From: Nitrospirota bacterium
GTDB taxonomy: Bacteria; Nitrospirota; Nitrospiria; Nitrospirales; Nitrospiraceae
Assembly: GCA_963703955.1 (NCBI GenBank)
Contig: CAVPGK010000010.1
Location: 128,001 to 192,000, forward strand
Reading direction: 5' to 3'
DNA: 64,000 nucleotides
Every line of letters starts with the position of its first letter. Position 1 is the stretch's first letter. Below the pieces are notes generated by a model that was not told the DNA's origin, did no database searches, and saw only the letters and a program-made list of their open reading frames with translations. The position numbers and the translations under genes were made by a program. Shown piece after piece: positions 1 to 11,208 of the stretch.

Positions 1-823
1 ATGAATCTCATCGAGCCGCCGCTGGACCGCACGTTCATTGCAGATTCCTACGCCTGCCGCCGCGGCAAGGGTGTGCATGCTGCGGTGGATCGCTATCAGG
101 CCTGGGCGCAGACTTATCGGTACGTCTTGAAAATGGACGTGCGGCAGTACTTCCCATCCATCGATCACGAACTGCTGAAGGACAAGCTGCGCCGGCGCAT
201 CAAAGACCGGCGTGTCTTGGACCTGTTGGATCGCATCATCGACGGCTCTCCCAGATGGCAACGCCGAGCCTATGCTACTTTCCCGGTGACGACCTGTTCA
301 CGCCGTTGGAACGGCGCGCGGGAATTCCGATCGGCAATCTGACGAGTCAGTTCTTCGCCAATCTGTATCTGGACGACCTCGACCATTACATCAAACAGGT
401 GCTTGAACGTCAGACCCTACCTGCGCTACGTGGACGATATGGTGGTGCTGGATAACGACAAGGTTCGACTGGCTGACATTCGTGCGGCCGTCCGTGAGCG
501 GCTCGCGGCCGATCGGCTTCGGCTTCACCCCAACAAGGCGCATGTGACGCGCGTGGCGCGACGGGCTGAATCTGCTCGGCTATGTCGTGTATCCCGATCG
601 CCGCCGTTTGCGCAACGATAACGGTCACCGGTTCGCGCGCAAACTTCGCGGCATGGCGAAGGCGTATTACGCTGCGAGCGTCTGGACTGGGCCAGAGGTC
701 AGGGCCTCGATTCAGAGCTGGATCGGCCATGCGAAGCATGCCGACACCGAGGGTCTTCGTCGAGCGATCTTCTCCCAGGCTGGTTTCACAAGGGGAGCGG
801 GCCAAGCGACGGGCAGCGTGTGA
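1..823 (+). CDS. DGR-type reverse transcriptase, 5'-partial, split by about 3 frameshifts
   Basis: Pieces 1..342, 255..455, 403..621 and 587..823 join into one [47 protein letters not shown] (the SQ signature of DGR RTs), RYVDD, and C-terminal [11 protein letters not shown]. An AAC-rich TR is adjacent. Confidence 0.93.
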
Positions 824-930
824 TCCGCGGCGGTTCCTGGAACAACAAACCGGAGAACCTGCGTGCGTCGAACCGGAACAGGAACAACGCCGACAACCGG
901 AACAACAACATCGGCTTTCGTCTTGCCCAG
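814..930 (+). repeat. DGR template repeat (TR)
   Basis: Reads [39 protein letters not shown] with 11 AAC codons and 1 AAA. It aligns colinearly to 2002-2117 with mismatches mostly at A, and overlaps the RT stop TGA at 821-823. Confidence 0.93.
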
Positions 931-1105
931 TCCGCCCGCACGGCAAGTGGCCGGCCCGGAGCCGGCCTGTTCACGGACAGGCCGGGTGAGGCAGCGGGTG
1001 TCCATGAGCCTGCTTCCCGGCCTTCCATCGAAACGGGAACGCCGAAGAGAGGGCCTGGGGTGACGCGATCGGGGCTGGTAGGCGACGCCGAAGGCCCCGA
1101 CGCTG
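931..1105 (+). ncRNA. Structured region 3' of the TR (likely part of the DGR RNA)
   Basis: Perfect 9-bp stem ccggcctgt (962-970) / acaggccgg (977-985). A second stem tcggggct (1069-1076) / ggccccga (1093-1100) encloses ggtaggcgacgccgaa. Confidence 0.5.
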
Positions 1106-1215
1106 CCTTGTCCAATCACGAGTATTCCTGAAAAAGACGAATGCTAGGACGGTGGCTTCCCGGTAGTTGCATTTTTGCTCGTGTTGTCGGATATTGGACA
1201 GCAAGAGGAGACGGC

Positions 1216-1422
1216 ATGACATTTACGATCACAATCACCCGCGACGAGGACGGGATCTACATCGCCGAGTGTCCGGCCATTCCGGGTTGTGTCAGTCAGG
1301 GTAAGACCGAAGCGGAAGCGCAGGCCAACATTCAGGACGCGATCAAGCAATGTCTAGAAGTACGCGCTGAGATGGGAATGCCGCTGACCGTCACCACACG
1401 GCAGGTTGAAGTCATCGTGTAA
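1216..1422 (+). CDS. hicB: HicB-like antitoxin (short form, no C-terminal DNA-binding domain)
   Basis: YIAECPAIPGCVSQGKTEAEAQANIQDAI is the HicB signature. RBS gaggag precedes ATG 1216. TAATG coupling to hicA. Confidence 0.88.
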   Translation: MTFTITITRDEDGIYIAECPAIPGCVSQGKTEAEAQANIQDAIKQCLEVRAEMGMPLTVTTRQVEVIV

Positions 1423-1649
1423 TGCCGCCTGTTCCCGTTCTCCCTCCCTCCACCGTCATCAAAACCTTTCAGCGACTTGGTTGGCAGGTGGTTCGGCAGA
1501 AGGGGAGTCATGTCATCATGACACGACCCGGCCACATTGCCACTCTTTCGATACCCAATCACCCGGAAGTTGCGCGGGGCACGCTTCGCAGTCTGATCTC
1601 GAAAGCAGGGTTGACGGTGGAGCAATTTCTAGAGGCCTTGAACAAGTAA
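1422..1649 (+). CDS. hicA: HicA mRNA interferase toxin
   Basis: LGWQVVRQKGSHVIM...IPNHPEVARGTLRSLISKAGL, containing the GSH catalytic motif. Confidence 0.92.
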   Translation: MPPVPVLPPSTVIKTFQRLGWQVVRQKGSHVIMTRPGHIATLSIPNHPEVARGTLRSLISKAGLTVEQFLEALNK

Positions 1650-1923
1650 GGTCACGGGCTCTGCCAGTCAATCGAGGAAGGGGTCAAGGCGCTACGGAGC
1701 GAAGGGGATATTGGCCTATGAATCTGAAATCGTTGTCGTGCGAATCACATCGCGGTTAGCCGGGAACTGACATTCGCCCGCTGGTCCCGGGAAAGATTGG
1801 GTTCAGACTTCCCCCTTTCTTGCGACTCTATCGTTCAAGTTATCCGATGCAAACAGGACGGACTTTCCCACCCCTTCCGGTCGCCCAGCCCAGGAAATAC
1901 TGCTATTTCGCCTCGCCAATGAA

Positions 1924-1952
1924 TTGACACGATCACGTGCAAACAGTAGTTT
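1924..1952 (+). promoter_or_regulatory. Putative sigma70 promoter immediately upstream of the VR stub
   Basis: TTGACA (1924-1929), 17-nt spacer, TAGTTT (1947-1952). Confidence 0.5.
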
Positions 1953-1956
1953 GTCA

Positions 1957-2129
1957 GCGGATGGATCGGCCTGGCTTGAAGCGGGCGGTGGCGATGGCGT
2001 CCAGCGCGTGATCCGGGGCGGCTCCTGGTCAGCGGACCGGAGTCCCTGCGTGCCTCGCTCCGGGACAGGGACAGCGCCGACGACCGGAACGACGGCATCG
2101 GCTTCCGTCTTGCCCAGGACCTCCCCTAA
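1957..2129 (+). pseudogene. C-terminal stub of an FGE-sulfatase/C-type-lectin-fold DGR target containing a variable repeat (VR 2002-2117)
   Basis: [57 protein letters not shown]. There is a 1-nt gap after TGG at 2028 and no upstream body of the gene. Confidence 0.85.
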
Positions 2130-2350
2130 GCCTGTGTCCTTTGCGCTGTGACCTTTTGCGTCTTTTCCGGGTGGGGACGGCGCGCGAGGGGATAGGACCG
2201 CACTATCAATGCGTACTCATCCCACATGAGCAGCTGAAGGCGTCATTTTCGTGTCCGTGCTTTGCGGTCACCGATGCGCGGCAAATGGAAAGGTAGGAAG
2301 CGCCTGGCGGCCGCATACATTAGTCGCCATCATAAAGGCTATACCAGGTC

Positions 2351-2379
2351 TTGATAATCGTACACGCTATGGCTAGAGT
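2351..2379 (+). promoter_or_regulatory. Putative sigma70 promoter of the mla operon
   Basis: TTGATA, 17 nt, TAGAGT, lying 43 nt upstream of ATG 2423. Confidence 0.4.
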
Positions 2380-2422
2380 ACGGGCGCGATCAGCTCCTCA
2401 CCGTTGGCGGTCTACGTAGGTC

Positions 2423-3565
2423 ATGAATTCCGTAGCCGACATCCAGCCGGCCGCCTCTTTCCAAACCACCGTCTCCGGCGAAGGAACGCTCACTCTCTCG
2501 ATCGATGGACAATTGGACTCAACGACCACCGGGGCGCTCTGGCGACAGGTGATCCTCGCGCTCGAACGGGAGAAGAAAGCTCACCTCATCGTCGATGCGT
2601 CTCGGATCACCTATTGCGATGGGGCTGGAATCGCCCTGCTGCTGGAGCTTCGCCGCCATCAGGCCAAGGCAGGCGGCGACGTCGAGATTCGCAATCTTCC
2701 TGAAACGGTTCAGTATCTCTTGGATCTGTACGGCCCAGCGATCGAGGAGGTAGCTCCGAGCGCGTCTGAACCATCCTCGTTCGTGGAACAGGTCGGACGT
2801 GCATCCGCGCAGGTCTGGAAAGACCTCCACACGCTGATCGCGTTTCTCGGAGAACTATCGGTCGCTCTCCTTTACGCAGCCACGCATCCCAGAACGGTGC
2901 GCTGGAAGGACGCCGCCATGACCGCGGAACTGGCGGGGGTCAATGCCCTCTCCATCATTGCGCTGATCGGCTTCTTACTCGGCTTGATCATGGCCTTTCA
3001 ATCGGCCATTCCCATGCGTCAGTTCGGGGCGGAGATCTTTATCGCGGACCTCATCGGCCTCTCCATGATCCGGGAACTTGGTCCGTTACTGACGGCCATT
3101 ATCCTGGCCGGACGATCGGGCTCTGCTTTTGCGGCCGAGCTTGGCACCATGAAGGTGAATGAAGAGATCGATGCGTTGACCACCATGGGGCTCGAACCGG
3201 TCCGCTTTCTCGCCGTGCCCCGGGTCATTGCCGCGGTGGCGATGACCCCGCTGTTGTCCGTCTTCACCAGCTTGTTCGGCTTGATCGGTGGCGCAGTGGT
3301 GATGCTGTCGCTGGGGTTTCCCCTTGTGACCTATGTCGATCGAATTCAGTCGGCCGTACATCCCGGCGATCTGATCCAAGGGTTGTTCAAAGCCTTGGCA
3401 TTCGGCATCGTAGTCGCCGGGATCGGGTGTTTGCGGGGTCTGCAAACAAAGACGGGTGCGAGCGCTGTCGGAGACTCGACCACCAGCGCCGTCGTCAGCG
3501 GACTCATTCTCATTGCCGTCGTGGACGGCATGTTTGCGGTTGTCTTTTATTGCCTCGGCATCTGA
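2423..3565 (+). CDS. mlaE: MlaE-family ABC permease with N-terminal STAS (MlaB-like) domain
   Basis: RELGPLLTAIILAGRSGSAFAAELGTMKVNEEIDALTTMG; N-terminal STAS segment IVDASRITYCDGAG. Confidence 0.92.
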   Translation: MNSVADIQPAASFQTTVSGEGTLTLSIDGQLDSTTTGALWRQVILALEREKKAHLIVDASRITYCDGAGIALLLELRRHQAKAGGDVEIRNLPETVQYLLDLYGPAIEEVAPSASEPSSFVEQVGRASAQVWKDLHTLIAFLGELSVALLYAATHPRTVRWKDAAMTAELAGVNALSIIALIGFLLGLIMAFQSAIPMRQFGAEIFIADLIGLSMIRELGPLLTAIILAGRSGSAFAAELGTMKVNEEIDALTTMGLEPVRFLAVPRVIAAVAMTPLLSVFTSLFGLIGGAVVMLSLGFPLVTYVDRIQSAVHPGDLIQGLFKALAFGIVVAGIGCLRGLQTKTGASAVGDSTTSAVVSGLILIAVVDGMFAVVFYCLGI

Positions 3566-3570
3566 GTTGT

Positions 3571-4377
3571 ATGGGCCAACAGGAATCGATCATCCGGGTC
3601 GAAGGCTTTACCGCCGGGTACGGTGGAATGGTGATCATCGACGATATTTCCTTTGAAGTCAGCCGAGGGGAAGTCTTCGTGATTCTGGGCGGGTCAGGCA
3701 GCGGGAAGAGCACGCTTCTGAAACATATGATCGGGCTGTATCAGGCGGCTGCAGGAAGGATTCTCATCGACGGAGCCGACATCGTGACTGCCGAGGGAGA
3801 AGCGAAGAAGCGGATTCTGATGAGGATTGGGGTGATGTATCAACGCGGCGCGCTGTTCGGGTCGATGACCTTGTTGGAAAACGTCCGCTTACCCTTGGAG
3901 GAGTTCACGGATCTCCCGACTGAGGCGATGGACCGGATTGCGCTCATGAAGCTGCAATTGGTGGGATTACGGACCTTTGCGGAGTATATGCCGTCCGAGA
4001 TCAGCGGCGGCATGCAAAAACGGGCGGCCATCGCCCGCGCCATGGCGCTGGACCCGCAGATCCTTTTTCTCGATGAACCGTCGGCCGGACTCGATCCCAT
4101 CACCTCGGCGGAATTGGACCAGCTGATCGTGCGCCTCGCGCGGAGTCTCACCATGACCTTTGTCGTCGTGACCCATGAGCTGCCGAGCATCTACGCGATC
4201 GCCGATCGGGTCATCATGCTCGACAAGCGGGTCAAAAAGATCGTCGCCATGGGACGGCCCCAGGAGTTGCGCGACCACTCGACTGATCCCTGGGTTCGGC
4301 AATTCTTCAATCGGGAGGTCTCGTTCCAAGTCGGAGACGCCAAGGTCACCGCGTCTGTGAGCACGCAGATCCCTTGA
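3571..4377 (+). CDS. mlaF: MlaF-family ABC ATPase
   Basis: Walker A GGSGSGKST, signature ISGGMQKR, Walker B LFLDEP. Confidence 0.92.
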   Translation: MGQQESIIRVEGFTAGYGGMVIIDDISFEVSRGEVFVILGGSGSGKSTLLKHMIGLYQAAAGRILIDGADIVTAEGEAKKRILMRIGVMYQRGALFGSMTLLENVRLPLEEFTDLPTEAMDRIALMKLQLVGLRTFAEYMPSEISGGMQKRAAIARAMALDPQILFLDEPSAGLDPITSAELDQLIVRLARSLTMTFVVVTHELPSIYAIADRVIMLDKRVKKIVAMGRPQELRDHSTDPWVRQFFNREVSFQVGDAKVTASVSTQIP

Positions 4378-4411
4378 GAAGAGGGATACGCACAGAGAGG
4401 AACTTTAACCC

Positions 4412-5434
4412 ATGAGCGCCAAGGCCAACTACTTCAAGATCGGGCTGTTCATTCTCAGTGCCGTCGCCCTTGCGGTTGTCGCCATTATCGTTTTCGGGGC
4501 CGGCACGCTGTTCGAAAAGAAAATCATCGTCGAAACCTATTTCGATGAATCGGTGCAAGGTCTGAGCGTGGGAGCCCCGGTCAAGTACCGGGGGGTCACG
4601 ATCGGAAGCGTCGAGCACATAGGGTTTGTGCGAAATGAATACAAGGAAGAACTCCATGGCGACGAAATGTCCCGCTACGGTCACTATATCGTCGTCAGGG
4701 TCTCGATCAAGGAGGTGTTCCCAGGGCTCCCTGAAGCCGAAAGGAAGGCGATGATGGAACGGCACGTTGAGGAGGGGCTGAGAGTTCGGCTGACCTCCCA
4801 GGGGGTGACCGGCGTTGTCCACCTGGAAGCGGACTTTCTCGATCCAAAAGAGAACCCTCCCTTAAAGGTCACGTGGACGCCTAAACACATCCGCGTTCCT
4901 TCCGCGCGGAGTACCGTCACCGTGCTGAGCTCGGCCCTGACCAAGATCGCCAAGGACCTTGAGCGGGCCGATGTCCATAAGGTGACCGCGGACTTGGACG
5001 CGCTGCTCATTGCGGCAACCAAGTTCGTCAGTGACGCCGACAGGGAGCGCCTCGGCACTCGGGCCGGTCAGGCCTTAGGGGAAGTCCAAGGGACGTTTCA
5101 AGAGGCTCGTCGTCTTTTGCAAAGCCCTGAGATCAAGAACGCCCTTTCCGACGTTTCCGCCACGGCAGCGGGGGCCAGACGCGTCGTCACGGATCTGTCC
5201 CAGGCTTCCAAGCAGATCAGGGAGGAGCTTCCGGGTACCCTCGCTCGATTGGAGAAGAGCTTACGGCGCGTCGATACTCTCCTCTCGAACAAGAACCAAG
5301 ATGTGGAAGAGATCCTTGAGAATCTGCGAGTTGTGTCGGAGAATCTTCGGGAAGTGACGGCCAACGCGAAGCGGTACCCTTCACAAGTTCTGCTGGGTGA
5401 CGCTCCACCTCGCACGGGTTCGGGAAAACGGTGA
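4412..5434 (+). CDS. mlaD: MlaD/MCE-domain protein
   Basis: N-terminal TM helix, YFDESVQGLSVGAPVKYRGVTIGSV (MCE domain), helical C-terminus. Confidence 0.9.
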   Translation: MSAKANYFKIGLFILSAVALAVVAIIVFGAGTLFEKKIIVETYFDESVQGLSVGAPVKYRGVTIGSVEHIGFVRNEYKEELHGDEMSRYGHYIVVRVSIKEVFPGLPEAERKAMMERHVEEGLRVRLTSQGVTGVVHLEADFLDPKENPPLKVTWTPKHIRVPSARSTVTVLSSALTKIAKDLERADVHKVTADLDALLIAATKFVSDADRERLGTRAGQALGEVQGTFQEARRLLQSPEIKNALSDVSATAAGARRVVTDLSQASKQIREELPGTLARLEKSLRRVDTLLSNKNQDVEEILENLRVVSENLREVTANAKRYPSQVLLGDAPPRTGSGKR

Positions 5435-6102
5435 TCTCGGCACGCTTGCATCTGTCGTTGAGAGGGGCGGTGCCTCTAGCGCTTGTCGTGTCAAGCGCTC
5501 TGTCGAGCGGGTGCGTCAGCCTGACCAAAAGCTTTCCGGAGAAACATTTCTATTCTCTGGATGCGGTCCGCCCAGGTGAGCAGGTTGGTCCCGCTTCCGT
5601 GGCGGTCCTCAAGGTGCAACGATTTCGTATCTCTCCTCGATTCGAAGGCAAGGAGATGGTCTACCGCACGAGCGACACCAGGTACGAATCCGACTTCTAC
5701 AATGAATGGTTTATCTTCCCCAATGCAATGGTCACTCAGCAGGCACAGAATTGGTTGGCGAACGCCGGTCTGTTTCAAGCGGTGGTGGACTCATCCAGTT
5801 CCTTGGACGCCACGCATGTCTTGGAAGGCAACGTGACCGCGCTGTATGGCGACTACCGCCAGAAGGAAGCGCCGAAAGCCGTCCTCGATTTTCAAGTCGT
5901 ACTCATCAATGAGGGTGCGAGTCACGCGGAGATCGTCTTTCGGCGAGAATATCGTCAAGTGGTGGATATGGCTAATATGTCTCCCGATACCCTCGCTGGT
6001 GGCTGGAATGAAGGCCTCCGGCAGATCTTAGCGGGTCTCGAAAAGGATCTTCGCAAGGTTGACCTGAAGGCCAACAACTTGAAGCCGGCTTCCGGGCCAT
6101 GA
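5431..6102 (+). CDS. PqiC-like ABC auxiliary lipoprotein
   Basis: Lipobox LSSGC, YSL motif, YNEW..PNAMV; last gene of the MCE operon. Confidence 0.75.
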   Translation: MISARLHLSLRGAVPLALVVSSALSSGCVSLTKSFPEKHFYSLDAVRPGEQVGPASVAVLKVQRFRISPRFEGKEMVYRTSDTRYESDFYNEWFIFPNAMVTQQAQNWLANAGLFQAVVDSSSSLDATHVLEGNVTALYGDYRQKEAPKAVLDFQVVLINEGASHAEIVFRREYRQVVDMANMSPDTLAGGWNEGLRQILAGLEKDLRKVDLKANNLKPASGP

Positions 6103-6156
6103 ACCTCACAGTGGCGAGAGTCGATCGGTGAGGGTCATGGAAAACGCAAGGAGGCT

Positions 6157-6585
6157 GTGGTGAATGGACTTGGTCGGGCATGGGCGCTCTTGACGCTCGC
6201 ATGGTTGACTGCTGGACTCATCGGGTGCACAGAACACCAGCCTCGCAGGCAGCCGACAATGGCCCCTGTTCCCATTTCCGATATCAAGCAGGTCGTCGGA
6301 AAATGGGAAGGCGTGAGCAAGAGCGTGCCGGACATGCGAGATGACGCGGAGGTCTTGTTGATCATCGACGACAACGGGACATTTCAATTCGTGGGAAGTC
6401 GAAGGGCCGATACGATCGTCGGAGCCGGTAGGCTCATGCTCCGTGACGGTCAGTTGGTGGGAACGACAGCCAGGCTGAGCGCCACGCTCACCCTCCACGG
6501 CAGGGAGGACCAATCGGTTCTCGTCGTTGAAGTGACCCGCAAAGATGGCAAACGGTTCTACGGTGAGTTGACCCCTGCACAGTAG
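6157..6585 (+). CDS. Hypothetical lipoprotein
   Basis: RBS aggagg, lipobox LIGC, VVGKWEG beta-barrel-like motif. Confidence 0.6.
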   Translation: MVNGLGRAWALLTLAWLTAGLIGCTEHQPRRQPTMAPVPISDIKQVVGKWEGVSKSVPDMRDDAEVLLIIDDNGTFQFVGSRRADTIVGAGRLMLRDGQLVGTTARLSATLTLHGREDQSVLVVEVTRKDGKRFYGELTPAQ

Positions 6586-6738
6586 TACGACTGGCAGCGT
6601 GCCGTCACAATCTCTCCTTCCCAACAGCTGGGCCTTCCATGCCTTTCCCTCGACAACTCGTCAACTCCAGCAGACAATAACGTCCATCTCCGTCTTTCTC
6701 AAGGGAAACGGGACCGTCGCCGTCATGAGGAGATCCTT

Positions 6739-8240
<1,502 letters not shown>

Positions 8241-8244
<4 letters not shown>

Positions 8245-9809
8245 ATCGGCGAGACATGTTCAGCCGCTTGGATGGCCGGAGCGGAACCGTGGGATCTGAT
8301 CATCATCGGCGGCGGCGCGACCGGCGTCGGCGTCGCCGTCGATGCCGCGTCTCGCGGGTACGCGGTCCTGCTGGTCGAGCAGAGCGACTTCGGAAAGGGC
8401 ACTTCGAGCCGCAGCACCAAGCTGCGTGCACGGCGGCGTGCGCTATCTCGAGCAGGGCAACATTTCGCTCGTGCTGGAGGCGCTCAAGGAGCGCGGCATT
8501 CTGCGTCAGAACGCGCCGCACCTCGTCCAGCGACCTGGCCTTCGTGGTCCCGAACTACGACTGGTGGGAGGCGCCGTTCTACGGACTCGGGCTGAAGGTC
8601 TACGACCTGCTCGCCGGCAAGTACGGCTTCGGCTCTTCGCAGATCCTATCGCGAGAGGAGACGCTGAAGCGTCTGCCCACGATCAAGACCGAGGGACTGC
8701 GCGGCGGCGTCGTCTACTACGACGGCCAGTTCGACGATGCGCGGCTCTTGATCAATCTGGTCGCAGACGGCGGCGGAGCAGGGCGCGACGCTGCTGAACT
8801 ACGTGCGCGTGATCGGATTCACCAAGGGAGCCGATGGCTTTCTCGATGGTGTCGTGGCCAGGGACGTGGAAACGGGCAGCAGAGCTTCACATGACCGCGC
8901 GAGTCGTGATCAACGCGACCGGCGCCTTTTGCGACGGCGTGCGCCGCATGGCCGATCCCGGCGTCGACGCCGATGATCGCGCCCAGCCAGGGCATCCACC
9001 TGGTGTTCGACCGGTCGTTTCTGCCCGGGACCAGCGCGATCATGGTGCCGCACACGCAGCGACGGCCGCGTGATGTTCGCGATCCCCTGGCACGGCCACA
9101 CGCTGGTGGGCACCACCGACACGCCGATCGTCGATCCGACGCTGGAGCCGCTTCCCATGGAAGACGAGATCGAGTTCATCCTGACCACGGCGGCCAGTAT
9201 CTGCACAAAGCCCCGACGCGAGGCGATGTCCTGAGCGTCTTCGCCGGAATCCGCCCGCTGGTGAGGGCGGACGACGGCACGAACACGGCCGTCCTGTCGC
9301 GCGATCATACGATTCACATCGACCGCTCCGGCCTGCTCACGATCGCCGGCGGGAAGTGGACCACGTACCGGCACATGGCCGAAGACTGTGTCAACCAGGC
9401 GTCCACGCTGGGGAGGCTTCCTGAACGACCCTGCGGCACGACGCGCCTCCCGATCCACGGGTTCCATGAGCATGCCGAACAGTTCGGGCGTCTGGCGGTG
9501 TACGGCTCCGACGCGCCGGCCATTCAGGACCTGATGCAGGCCGAGCCGGGCCTCGGGGAACCGCTGCATCCGGCTCTGCCGTACTGCGGCGCCGAGGTGG
9601 TTTGGGCCACCCGTTTCGAGATGGCCCGCACGGTTGAAGACGCGCTCGCGCGGCGCACTCGGGCCCTGCTGCTCAACGCCCGCGCAGCGGTCGAGATCGC
9701 TCCACGCGTCGCGGAATTGATGGCTCGTGAACTGGGACAGGATGCGGTCTGGCAGACGGGGCAGGTCAGCGCCTTTCGGGAGTTGGCGAAAGGGTATCGG
9801 CCCTCTTGA
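8241..9809 (+). CDS. glpD: FAD-dependent glycerol-3-phosphate dehydrogenase (frameshifted in this sequence)
   Basis: [61 protein letters not shown]. Confidence 0.92.
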
Positions 9810-9833
9810 TTCTGTTACTGCTCGTGGGGTGGG

Positions 9834-11180
9834 CTACTTATCGGGCTTCGCGGCGAGTCGCTTATGAATCATCTTGCGGCTGACCCGCATGAGCGTAAAG
9901 GACAACCCAAGCGAGATCGGAACGAACAGAGCCGTCGCATACGTGGCGTTGGGGATCCAACCGAGTTCGTGGAGAGCCTTGAAGACATAGCTCGCGAGAC
10001 CGCTGAGGTAGTACGCAATAATGATGACGGATAAACCTTCGACGGTGTGTTGGAGGACGGCTTGGCTCTTGGTGGTTTGATCGACGCTGGACAAGAGGAC
10101 GAGGTTTTGCTCTTCGAGCAGCAAATCGACCCGGGCGCGAATGAGCGCGATGATGCCCTCGAATCCGGTCTTCAACGTCTCCATGCGTTGGAGCAGTTGT
10201 TGGTACCCCTCGGCGACCCCGGTCACTCCACCAAGAACAAAATCCGAGAGCAGGCGGCAAGCCGGCAGGGGCTGCTCCTGAAGCGCATGCATCGTGGTCT
10301 GGACAATCTTATCGTAAGGGACCGCGGCGGAGAGTTCATAATGCATTCTCCCGGCCAATTGGTTGACCTTCATCAAATCTTCAGTCAGGTGATTGAGCCA
10401 CCGCTGGAGCGAAGTCGACGTGGCCGCGATCAATTGACGGGTGATGATCTCCCGCTGTTTGAGGTGGAGCTGCTCAAATCCATGGACCTCATCGACGGCG
10501 GAGGAGAAGATCGGCTTCTGCATCAGGATCAGGTGATAATAGGTTTCGATCCGCACGATCGAGTTGACGATCTGGAACAGGTTATTCGCGGGCGTCGTTT
10601 CGGAGGACATCACCAGATACCGTTCCCGGTCATGCTCATCTGGAGTAAAGCTCGTGATCACCGAGATATTCTCTCCCAGCACGCGGCTTCCGTAGAGGGT
10701 CGAGCCCGGCAACATAGAGCGGCACTGCTCGGCTGAGATATCAGGCCCCTGCGTGATCAGAATATCCAGCGCGTTGACGCGAAGGCCCAACGGGGAAAGA
10801 GGAAACAGATAGTTGGGAAACGTGATGGGACCAAACGACAGGGGCTTTGCCTTATCGGACTGAATGTGCCACACCTGATAGCTGTAATATTCGGTATGAG
10901 CATCCCAGACCATGATGAGACGATCCCCGCTGCTTGCAGTCCGCACGCCATAGCCGAACTTGTCGTGCAGCACTGACGTTGCCGCCGGGATCTCGAGCGA
11001 TTGAAGAATCTGCCCGAACTCTTCGCGGCTCCGAGGGCGCTCGACTGGCGGATTACTCATGCGATGGGCCACATGGTGGATGTGCGCCGGCACATCGATG
11101 CACTCCTCCAGCCTTTTCTGGGGACGCTCATGAAGCTTCCTCAGGTATTCCTGGTCGTGTCCCGGAGAGATAGTAGTCAT
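9834..11180 (-). CDS. DUF3422-like membrane-anchored protein
   Basis: LHERP start, WDAHTEYYSY, RIETYY, C-terminal LQHTVEGLSVIIIAYY followed by TM helices. Confidence 0.75.
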   Translation of the reverse strand: MTTISPGHDQEYLRKLHERPQKRLEECIDVPAHIHHVAHRMSNPPVERPRSREEFGQILQSLEIPAATSVLHDKFGYGVRTASSGDRLIMVWDAHTEYYSYQVWHIQSDKAKPLSFGPITFPNYLFPLSPLGLRVNALDILITQGPDISAEQCRSMLPGSTLYGSRVLGENISVITSFTPDEHDRERYLVMSSETTPANNLFQIVNSIVRIETYYHLILMQKPIFSSAVDEVHGFEQLHLKQREIITRQLIAATSTSLQRWLNHLTEDLMKVNQLAGRMHYELSAAVPYDKIVQTTMHALQEQPLPACRLLSDFVLGGVTGVAEGYQQLLQRMETLKTGFEGIIALIRARVDLLLEEQNLVLLSSVDQTTKSQAVLQHTVEGLSVIIIAYYLSGLASYVFKALHELGWIPNATYATALFVPISLGLSFTLMRVSRKMIHKRLAAKPDK

Positions 11181-11208
11181 CGACAGTCGGGCTATACCTC
11201 TACGCTGC

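Noticed and set aside
1..823. Group II intron or retron RT
   Set aside because: The SQ-type motif, short C-terminus and adjacent TR/VR pair indicate a DGR.
820..1131. 103-aa Asn-rich ORF
   Set aside because: It is the translation of the TR plus its structured spacer, not a likely protein gene.
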